Below, one piece after another: positions 9,034 to 16,337 of a stretch of 64,000 nucleotides of DNA (the first letter of the stretch is position 1; each line of letters begins with the position of its first letter). Made by a program: the position numbers and the translations under genes. Under the pieces are notes generated by a model. The model saw only the letters and a program-made list of their open reading frames with translations. It did not search any database and was not told where the DNA came from. This DNA is from a virus (taxonomy: Duplodnaviria > Caudoviricetes). The stretch is taken from the IMG/VR virus record IMGVR_UViG_3300047160_000603, positions 5,126 to 69,125 of that record, one strand, 5' to 3'.

Positions 9034-9765
9034 CTAGTCGTTAAGGACCAACACGTTGCGACCATCCCACACACCAGACCAGCCAACCACTTCACCCTGT
9101 TCGACACGTGGAATCAGTCGGCTGGTGTCGATGTCCGGGCGTTCGCTGGCTTCCACCACCAGCACTTCACCCGGTTGGGTGGCCTTACCCACCGTCATCT
9201 CGTGCGGGTTGCGATCCATCTTTACCTTAACCTTCTTAGTCTTGGTGCGGACCGGCTCGACCTTCACAGATTCCGATTCAGGCTGCGGCGCGGGTACAGC
9301 CTTGGCACGCTTGGCAGGGGCACAGCCCATTTGCCTTGCACACTCTGGACCGATGCCGCTCTCAATGCTTTCTGGCACGGTCAGGTCGCGTCCGCAGCGA
9401 CCGCACTGACCGACGTGATGGACTTTGAACCCTGCGTCTTCGATGGGCTTGGTGTCGCCGGTAAACACCCTGCGGACTACCTTACTAAACATGCTGACCG
9501 GGATGCTGTCTGCGGTGAACTTCGACTTGCCAGTCAGCTTGACGCTGCCATCTTCCTGCATCATGCCAACATAAGTGTAGTCGCTGGTGTTGTCCGGACC
9601 GGTCAGCATCATGACAAACCACGCGTCTCGGTACTGCTGGTCGCCCTTCTTGAACCGCACCTTGTAGGTGTAGTGCGGTTGGGTCTTGTGCTGCTCCGCG
9701 AACGCTGCGGGCACTTCGACGGTGAACACGGCACGACCGGCGGTAACGAATTGCTTGCTAATCAT
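9034..9765 (-). CDS. DUF6011-like zinc-finger protein
   Basis: CGRCGRDLTVPESIESGIGPECA motif. Confidence 0.75.
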   Translation of the reverse strand: MISKQFVTAGRAVFTVEVPAAFAEQHKTQPHYTYKVRFKKGDQQYRDAWFVMMLTGPDNTSDYTYVGMMQEDGSVKLTGKSKFTADSIPVSMFSKVVRRVFTGDTKPIEDAGFKVHHVGQCGRCGRDLTVPESIESGIGPECARQMGCAPAKRAKAVPAPQPESESVKVEPVRTKTKKVKVKMDRNPHEMTVGKATQPGEVLVVEASERPDIDTSRLIPRVEQGEVVGWSGVWDGRNVLVLND

Positions 9766-9837
9766 GGGAGACTCCTTGTGGGGGATTAGGACACTTGGGT
9801 GGGTTACTGGGGCGTTATCCCCGCCCGGTCACCGTTG

Positions 9838-9866
9838 CGTTTACCACACCATCCCAAGAGGGTCAA
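9838..9866 (-). promoter_or_regulatory. Putative leftward promoter of the early operon
   Basis: Minus strand TTGACC-17 nt-TAAACG; the TTGGGWTRGTGTGGTAAACG core recurs at 22257-22276. Confidence 0.5.
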
Positions 9867-10007
9867 TAGTAGTGTTACTACTACTGACACGCAATCCCGG
9901 TAGGCGGTTTTATGACCGATTATTTTCTAAGATCTGTACACTGCCTATCTGTACACCACTTTGCCGCGCTACCCACAGCCAGTTGTTCTGCAGTAGTATT
10001 AGTTCTC

Positions 10008-10226
10008 ATGAAACACACAAACATCCCACCACCAAGGAAGCACGGTGTTAGGTATCCGTGGCGAGAATGGTTCAACGCCGGATCCGTGACGATCAAGCAA
10101 GGCAAGGACTTCGAGGCAGAACCGCATGGTATGGCACAGACAGCGCGGCAGGCAGCAGCCCGGCTGGGTTACACCATTAGTGTAGCCATCCATGGTAGTA
10201 GTCTCACTATCACGGTGGTAATATGA
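10008..10226 (+). CDS. Small hypothetical protein
   Basis: First rightward ORF, stop overlaps the next start. Confidence 0.6.
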   Translation: MKHTNIPPPRKHGVRYPWREWFNAGSVTIKQGKDFEAEPHGMAQTARQAAARLGYTISVAIHGSSLTITVVI

Positions 10227-10756
10227 CCTACGTTGGCATCGATCCTGGAGTCTCTGGTGGTATATGCGTACTACCGGACCACACACGTATCATCACCACG
10301 CCTGCACTTGCTAGCCGATGTGACCTACTATGTTGGCTACGTATGACCCTACGTAGCTGCACTGGTCCGTACCGCGTGGTCGTCGAGCAGGTAAGCGGGT
10401 ACATGGGTGAACGTAGCAAGGGAAAGAGTGACGGTGGTGCTGGTGGGGGTAACACCGGGCACACCATGTTCGTATTCGGCCAGAGCTACGGTGAGATCCT
10501 CATGGCACTGGATGCGTTGCGGGATCTGGGTGGCTTTGACCTACATTACGTCACTATCACACCTAATGCGTGGCAACGTGCACTCAGCATCGAGCCGAAG
10601 CGGAAGCATGGTCCACGTAAAGAATCGAAGGGGGCATTCAAGAGTCGCCTCGCCAACACAGCACGCACCATCTTTCCCCAGAGAACGCTCACGCTTGAGA
10701 CTGCTGATGCTGCACTGTTGGCAGTGTATGGTAAGGAATTCCACACTTGGAGCTAG
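10223..10756 (+). CDS. RuvC-like Holliday junction resolvase
   Basis: YVGIDPG, VVVEQV, FGQSYG, ADAALLA. Confidence 0.85.
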   Translation: MTYVGIDPGVSGGICVLPDHTRIITTPALASRCDLLCWLRMTLRSCTGPYRVVVEQVSGYMGERSKGKSDGGAGGGNTGHTMFVFGQSYGEILMALDALRDLGGFDLHYVTITPNAWQRALSIEPKRKHGPRKESKGAFKSRLANTARTIFPQRTLTLETADAALLAVYGKEFHTWS

Positions 10757-10759
10757 GTA

Positions 10760-11356
10760 ATGAATATCCACTGGAGTGAACTACGACGGTTCGTCTGTAT
10801 CGGTGGTCGTGTTGGGTATAACGTGGTGTCTGGCGTACGACTACGTGACCTGTATACACTTACACCTCATGACTGTCTGACTGCTGAATCACCGGAAGAT
10901 CCACGGCTACACGGCTATCCGATCGAGCACTGCACCATACTGCGACCATTGGAGAATAACAATTACATCAACAAGCACACTGCGTCTGGGTATGGTTTTC
11001 CGCACGTTAACATCCCACTAACCGACGTAACGATCCCGTTCCTACTCACTCTGCGTAGTAACTGGTACGACACTACGGCACTGGCAATCTTCGCTGATAC
11101 GCTCGACGATATTGGCTTCAGTGATCAACGATTTCACTGGTTACTACGTGCACTACGTGATCCGGAGCAAAGCATCTACATTGATCGACGTATTTGGGAA
11201 GGTGCACTTATCCAGATTCGCCTACAGGGTCTACTACGTGCAACTGAGGTAGCATGGGACCAACTCGAGAATATTAACAAGGACTCAGTGATTGTCACGG
11301 ATGTGGGTGGCGTACTGTACACAGACGTTAAATCTAACAAGCGAGGTAAGACATGA
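10760..11356 (+). CDS. Hypothetical protein with a possible TIGR02996-like helical motif
   Basis: FLLTLRSNWYDTTALAIFADTLDDIG. Confidence 0.55.
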   Translation: MNIHWSELRRFVCIGGRVGYNVVSGVRLRDLYTLTPHDCLTAESPEDPRLHGYPIEHCTILRPLENNNYINKHTASGYGFPHVNIPLTDVTIPFLLTLRSNWYDTTALAIFADTLDDIGFSDQRFHWLLRALRDPEQSIYIDRRIWEGALIQIRLQGLLRATEVAWDQLENINKDSVIVTDVGGVLYTDVKSNKRGKT

Positions 11357-12051
11357 AGACCACACTACAACTCTGGCAGGACCACTTCCGTAAATGGGAG
11401 AAAGGGTGCAGTTCCAAGTTATGCAGCCGCGCATGGAAGATCTGTATTGCACGTGGTGCCCTACCTGCACAGGTTGTGTTTATTGGAGAGGCTCCGGGTG
11501 GTAGCGAGAATATCTGCGGTGAGCCATTCGTTGGTCCCGCTGGTATACATCTACAGAAGTACGTGATCCAGAAGGCCATCCCCCATAATAGGCTCGTGGA
11601 CCCTACAACCAAGCGTGAACGCTGGGTACCCACCGGACCTATCAAGTACATCCTTACGAACCTTGTGGGCTGTATCCCACTTGATGATACGGGTCGCAAG
11701 GAAGGTGCACCAGACCACGAGGACATCCTACAGTGTGCACCACGATTACTGGAGCTATTGGCAATCGTCAAGCCGAAGCTCATTGTCTGCGTCGGGCATG
11801 AATCAACCATAGCTATGGACACGTGGATGAAGAATAGTGTGTGGTCCAAATGGGCTGGATCCAGTAAGCATCCATCCTACGATGTACCACGTGTCACCAT
11901 TACACACCCAGCCGAGATCATACGACAGAATATAGCCAATCAAGGTTTACGCTTCCAGGAGTGTGCCTTGATCATCGAACAGGCGATCGAGGAATATGTC
12001 CTCAACCCCGACCCGCCTAAGCGTCACAGCACGGAGGACATACCTTTCTAG
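11353..12051 (+). CDS. Uracil-DNA glycosylase, family 4-like
   Basis: VVFIGEAPG..E...GEPFVGPAG, TNLVGCIP, THPA. Confidence 0.85.
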   Translation: MKTTLQLWQDHFRKWEKGCSSKLCSRAWKICIARGALPAQVVFIGEAPGGSENICGEPFVGPAGIHLQKYVIQKAIPHNRLVDPTTKRERWVPTGPIKYILTNLVGCIPLDDTGRKEGAPDHEDILQCAPRLLELLAIVKPKLIVCVGHESTIAMDTWMKNSVWSKWAGSSKHPSYDVPRVTITHPAEIIRQNIANQGLRFQECALIIEQAIEEYVLNPDPPKRHSTEDIPF

Positions 12052-12060
12052 GGAGAGACC

Positions 12061-12246
12061 ATGCTCGTCGTGTCGAGGAAGATTGGCCAGCGTATCTTCA
12101 TTGGTGATAATATCGTGGTTACACTTGTGGACGTAGATCGTGGTAAGGTCCGCATTGGTGTTGAAGCACCAAATGACGTCCGTATCCTACGTGAAGAACT
12201 GCTCGATCGCCCCAGTAACGAAGACCAACCCCCACAGCAACGCTAA
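12061..12246 (+). CDS. csrA: Carbon storage regulator CsrA/RsmA
   Basis: MLVVSRKIGQRIFIGDNIVVTLVDV.RGKVRIGVEAP.DVRILREEL. Confidence 0.93.
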   Translation: MLVVSRKIGQRIFIGDNIVVTLVDVDRGKVRIGVEAPNDVRILREELLDRPSNEDQPPQQR

Positions 12247-12257
12247 AGGAGACCACC

Positions 12258-13448
12258 GTGGTAGACCTGAACCGTTTCCGGCAACGTGCCGAGGCTGCAC
12301 ATGCGGCAGCATCCAATACTGCCGCGATACAAGATGGTCCTATGGTATGGAAGGGACCAATGGTGGATGGCATCACATACTCGATGCTCACCAAGTTCCT
12401 TACGTGCCGGGAGCGGTTCAGGCTACTTGTGATTGATGGGTTGCGTGCCGAGGAAAAGTTCGATCACCGCATCGAGTACGGGCACCTCTGGCATACCTGC
12501 GAGGAAGCACTGTCCGCGAAGAAACCGTGGGAGCCAGCCCTGGAAGCCCACTACAAGCAACTTCAGGAGCGATTCAAGCTCCACAACATCGCACAGGAGA
12601 TCCGCAAGTGGTACATGGTGTGTCGTACTCAGTTCCCCGTCTACGTGGCGCACTGGCAGCATCACAAGGACAACACGGCACGTCTACCACTACTACAGGA
12701 ATACACGTTTGATACGCCCTACGACATCGGTGGTGATCGCAAGGTGCGTTTGCGTGGCAAGATAGACGCAGGTGACTTGATCGGTAAGGCGAAAACAGCA
12801 GGCATCTACGTACAGGAGAACAAGACCAAGAGTGATATAGAGGAAGACCGCATCAAACGACAGGTTAGTTTTGACCTACAGACCGGTCTATACATGGCAG
12901 CATTGCGCACCATCCAGCAGATACACCCCAGCCAGTACGCGGCCACCAAGCTCCCGCCGGAATTCTTCAAGTACCCAATTAAAGGGGTCCGGTACAACGT
13001 CGTCCGGCGACCGCTCTCTGGAGGAAAGGGTAGTATCACGCAGAAGAAAGGTAGCAAGAATGTTGCGGCTGAGACTGATCAGGAGTTCTACGCACGGCTC
13101 AAGGGGATCATGGATGGTACTGGCACTAATAAGAAAGGTGAGGACTACCCTGGTCCCGAGTACTTCTTTATGCGATGGCAGGCGGAGTTCACGCCTGCAG
13201 ACATTACACGATTCGAGCAACGTGTCCTCAAGCCTATTCTGCATCAGCTATGTGACTGGTGGTCCTGGGTGTATGAATGCAAACTGCGAGGCACCAACCC
13301 GTTTGATAAATCGCGGGTTCACTGGCAGCACCCATTCGGCAGCCAGAACATGATCGATGAAGGCTTTAGCCACGAACTAGACGAGTATATGCGGACCGGC
13401 AGCACTGTCGGCATCCGACAGGTAGATCGTCTCTTCGAAGAGCTGTAA
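12258..13448 (+). CDS. PD-(D/E)XK exonuclease (RecB/RecE-like)
   Basis: LRGKIDAGD...YVQENKT, DLQTGLYM; adjacent to an AAA ATPase and SSB-like gene. Confidence 0.7.
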   Translation: MVDLNRFRQRAEAAHAAASNTAAIQDGPMVWKGPMVDGITYSMLTKFLTCRERFRLLVIDGLRAEEKFDHRIEYGHLWHTCEEALSAKKPWEPALEAHYKQLQERFKLHNIAQEIRKWYMVCRTQFPVYVAHWQHHKDNTARLPLLQEYTFDTPYDIGGDRKVRLRGKIDAGDLIGKAKTAGIYVQENKTKSDIEEDRIKRQVSFDLQTGLYMAALRTIQQIHPSQYAATKLPPEFFKYPIKGVRYNVVRRPLSGGKGSITQKKGSKNVAAETDQEFYARLKGIMDGTGTNKKGEDYPGPEYFFMRWQAEFTPADITRFEQRVLKPILHQLCDWWSWVYECKLRGTNPFDKSRVHWQHPFGSQNMIDEGFSHELDEYMRTGSTVGIRQVDRLFEEL

Positions 13449-13504
13449 CAACCCGCAATCACCTATCCGCGGTATACTGTACTTTCCTCCAGGAGAAATA
13501 AGCG

Positions 13505-14428
13505 ATGCCACCACCAGTCCGTAAACAGAACGCGGCTGACACTGGTCCAACACCACGCAGTAGCGTTATTGACCGCATCAGGCCGATTGGCTTCGACGAG
13601 GATGATGGCCTTAAAGTGCTAGTCTTCGGCGAGAGTGGTAGTGGTAAGACTACATTCTGGTCCACTTTCCCGAAGCCGATCCTGAGCGTTGTTGTGTCCG
13701 GTGGCTCGAAACCGGGCGAGGCGCGTAGCATTGACACACCAGAGAACCGCAAGGTAATCAGCGCCATCCCGTTAGAACACACCGACGAGATTATGGACCT
13801 GATCCTATATGCAGCCCAGTCCAAGCGGTTCAAGACCATCGTGCTTGACCACGCCACCGGGTTCCAGGACAAGTCCCTTGCTCAGATTACGGGTAGACCA
13901 GTGCCAGAACAGAAGACGTGGGGAACAGCCAGTCAGCAGCAATACGGGCAGTGTACGTCGCAATGCAAGGAGCTCTGGCGGGACATGCTGAGTCTGCCGA
14001 TTAATGTGGTATTTGTGGCGCAGCAACGCGTCTTTAAGGGTGGTGATGGTGAGACTGAGACTGACGCCATCGCACCCACTGTCGGCGCGAACCTGATGCC
14101 TCAACTGGGTGGCTGGCTCAACTGTGCTGTGGACTACATCGTCAACACGTACAAGCGGAACAAGACCGTCAAGCGTATGATCGGCATCGGTAAGCAGCAG
14201 ATTGAACAGACTACCACACTCAAGGAGATTGAGTACTGTCTGCGTACCGGTCCAGACGCCACGATCACCACCAAGTTCCGCGTCCCGAAGGGTCACTTCC
14301 TACCAGATACGGTTGTGGATCCTACGTACGAGAAGCTATGTCAGATCATTAGTGGTACATATCCACGTCCCGCACCACTCAAGCCAGTCCCAACCCCGAA
14401 CAAGCCGGTTAGTACAACCGGTAAGTAA
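13505..14428 (+). CDS. AAA-family ATPase (Sak4/AAA_24-like)
   Basis: FGESGSGKTT, TIVLDHAT, VVFVAQQ, AVDYI. Confidence 0.8.
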   Translation: MPPPVRKQNAADTGPTPRSSVIDRIRPIGFDEDDGLKVLVFGESGSGKTTFWSTFPKPILSVVVSGGSKPGEARSIDTPENRKVISAIPLEHTDEIMDLILYAAQSKRFKTIVLDHATGFQDKSLAQITGRPVPEQKTWGTASQQQYGQCTSQCKELWRDMLSLPINVVFVAQQRVFKGGDGETETDAIAPTVGANLMPQLGGWLNCAVDYIVNTYKRNKTVKRMIGIGKQQIEQTTTLKEIEYCLRTGPDATITTKFRVPKGHFLPDTVVDPTYEKLCQIISGTYPRPAPLKPVPTPNKPVSTTGK

Positions 14429-14461
14429 ATTCACCCACTACCATCCCTACGGAGTAAAGTA

Positions 14462-14890
14462 ATGAACGGTCACAATGATGAGATGATTCAACGCGTCCCT
14501 ACTTATGGTAAGGGGGACAGAGGCAAGATCAACTTCCTACCGATGATGGCGTGTGTGGCATTGCGAGTCATCAAGGTCAATACGACCGTTGGTGGCCTTG
14601 CCATCCCCGAAAACTCACAGGAGCCATACCAGACTCCGCTCGCCGAGGTGCTGGCAGTGGGACCACAGGTGATGTTCACCAGAGTTGGCGACATGGTCAG
14701 ACTCAGTGCCGGTACTCTCGCGAGCAAACTGTTTGTCAAAGACATGGACTTTGTGGTGGTGCGCGAAGACCAGATCTTCGGTATTGACCACGGTATGGAG
14801 CAGAGCGAGTACTCCACGCAGCGGACGCGGGAGAAGATGGCCAACACTACGCAGCACAAGTCACATGGTAAGCTAATCACTGAAGGCTGA
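14462..14890 (+). CDS. groES: GroES-like co-chaperonin
   Basis: TVGGLAIP...AEVLAVGP...VGDMV...VVREDQIFG. Confidence 0.75.
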   Translation: MNGHNDEMIQRVPTYGKGDRGKINFLPMMACVALRVIKVNTTVGGLAIPENSQEPYQTPLAEVLAVGPQVMFTRVGDMVRLSAGTLASKLFVKDMDFVVVREDQIFGIDHGMEQSEYSTQRTREKMANTTQHKSHGKLITEG

Positions 14891-14950
14891 ATACGCATCC
14901 ACAACCTCTAACCTGTTCGATTCCTACAACCATTCTTTGGAGTTACGACT

Positions 14951-15991
14951 ATGCCGGTGCAAAAGGGAAAGCCCAACAACCTCCTCGCCAAGTACGGTAC
15001 ACGCCTCAATACCGCGCACAATAAGGCGAAGGACGAGGATACAGACTTTGGCAACCTCGGTGATCTGCCAGCCGGGATCAGTGGTGGCGTGGCAGTACTA
15101 GAAAGCATCGAGATCACCAAGATCAAGGAAGGTAAGAAGAACGCTGGTGAACCACTCTTCATCGCACGTGCCATCGTGATCAGCCCGGAACAGTACGAAG
15201 GCCAGCAGTGTAAGGGGATGGCCACGACGATCATGACCGTACTGTGTGACACGCCGGAGCGTAGCGGGGAACGCAAGACGTTCGAACAGCACTACGCTTG
15301 GATGCTCAACGAATTGCGGAAGTTGGGCATTGACACCCGCACCACCAAGCCGGAAGACCTAGACGGCATCATGGATGCGTTGCGGATCAGCAAGCCCCAG
15401 ATCCGCTTCCGGACATGGAAGGGTGAGAAGCAGACGACTGGGCAGTACGCAGGTAAGGAGCCTCGCGTCAATCATGAGTGGGGCGGGTTAGTTACAGATA
15501 GCGATTCATCGCTGAATGGTATCGGTGCCGTGGATGTGGACCCGACTGACATCGGCGATGCCAACAGTGGTGCGGCTGAAGCTGGTGATGATGGAGTCGC
15601 TGACGCTGACGCAGCCGTGGACCTGGATGGGCTGGCTACTGCTGCAGATGGTGGGGACGAGGACGCTCAGAACCAACTGGTCGAACTCGCAGATAGCGTT
15701 GGTATTACCGAAGATCAGATCGCGGCAGCCGCAGACTATGTGGCACTCGTCGCACAGATCCAGCAGGTACAGTACGGCGAGACCACCGACGAAGGTGGCT
15801 GGAAGGTTGGTGATACTTGCCAGTACGCACCGAAGGATCCCAAGGACCGCACTGGTAAGAAGCGTCTGGCGAAGGTGGCGTGTGAACTGCTGGTGATCAA
15901 CGCAGACGGCACGCTGGTCGAGCTGAAGAACCTCACCGATGTCAAGAAGAAGTACAAGGACGTGAGTATCAACGAGATCGAGCCGTCCTAA
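14951..15991 (+). CDS. Probable ssDNA-binding/replication accessory protein
   Basis: Position after the recombination genes, long acidic region. Confidence 0.45.
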   Translation: MPVQKGKPNNLLAKYGTRLNTAHNKAKDEDTDFGNLGDLPAGISGGVAVLESIEITKIKEGKKNAGEPLFIARAIVISPEQYEGQQCKGMATTIMTVLCDTPERSGERKTFEQHYAWMLNELRKLGIDTRTTKPEDLDGIMDALRISKPQIRFRTWKGEKQTTGQYAGKEPRVNHEWGGLVTDSDSSLNGIGAVDVDPTDIGDANSGAAEAGDDGVADADAAVDLDGLATAADGGDEDAQNQLVELADSVGITEDQIAAAADYVALVAQIQQVQYGETTDEGGWKVGDTCQYAPKDPKDRTGKKRLAKVACELLVINADGTLVELKNLTDVKKKYKDVSINEIEPS

Positions 15992-16064
15992 GTAGTCCAA
16001 TACCCGGTGTCCACCACGTTCCGCTTTACGTGTGTGGCTTAAATCACGGATGAGCCGGGTTGAT

Positions 16065-16151
16065 GGGTCTCTAGCTCAACAGGTAGAGCACCTTGTTATG
16101 GGGGCTACTTCATACACAAGTCATATCCAGGTTCGAGTCCTGGGAGACCCA
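16065..16151 (+). ncRNA. tRNA-like RNA with expanded anticodon arm
   Basis: GGGTCTC/GAGACCC acceptor, GCTC/GAGC D stem, CCAGG-TTCGAGT-CCTGG T arm; 21 nt instead of 7 in the anticodon loop; ends ACTA, not ACCA. Confidence 0.75.
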
Positions 16152-16153
16152 CT

Positions 16154-16327
16154 ATGGTTCAAGTCAAGCCAGTCTGTAAGGTCTGCCGCAAGGTGCGGTG
16201 TATCTGCAGACCCACACCAGTTAAGCAGCCTGTACGCATCTGCCGCGCCTGCAACGGCACAGGAAAGAGCACACGCGGTTTTGACTGCTTCCCTTGCGTC
16301 ATGGCGGGTCGTGTGAAACCCTTCTAG
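16154..16327 (+). CDS. 57-aa Cys-rich protein with a DnaJ-type zinc-finger-like motif (not in the ORF track)
   Basis: Manual translation MVQVKPVCKVCRKVRCIC...CRACNGTG...CFPC. Confidence 0.5.
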   Translation: MVQVKPVCKVCRKVRCICRPTPVKQPVRICRACNGTGKSTRGFDCFPCVMAGRVKPF

Positions 16328-16337
16328 GAATTTATAC

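Noticed and set aside
8899-9789. Long opposite-strand ORFs such as 8899-9789, 6653-7459, 2802-3491 and 48332-48988
   Set aside because: They shadow well-supported genes and lack RBSs or motifs
11353-12051. UdgX-type covalent uracil trap
   Set aside because: No KRRIH loop
12258-13448. Cas4 assignment
   Set aside because: The four-cysteine Fe-S pattern is not evident, no array is present, and the context is phage recombination
13460-13471. CACCTATCCGCG repeated at 45174-45185
   Set aside because: A single 12-mer pair; the 13460 copy lacks the T arm, so no shared function can be supported
16002-16060. Additional degenerate tRNA upstream of 16065
   Set aside because: Stems exist (ACCCGG/CCGGGT, CACGT/ACGTG) but there is no convincing T or D loop; may be a leader hairpin
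16065-16151. Ordinary tRNA, tmRNA or group I intron tRNA
   Set aside because: The anticodon loop is 21 nt; no G3-U70 or tag ORF; the insert is far too short for a self-splicing intron
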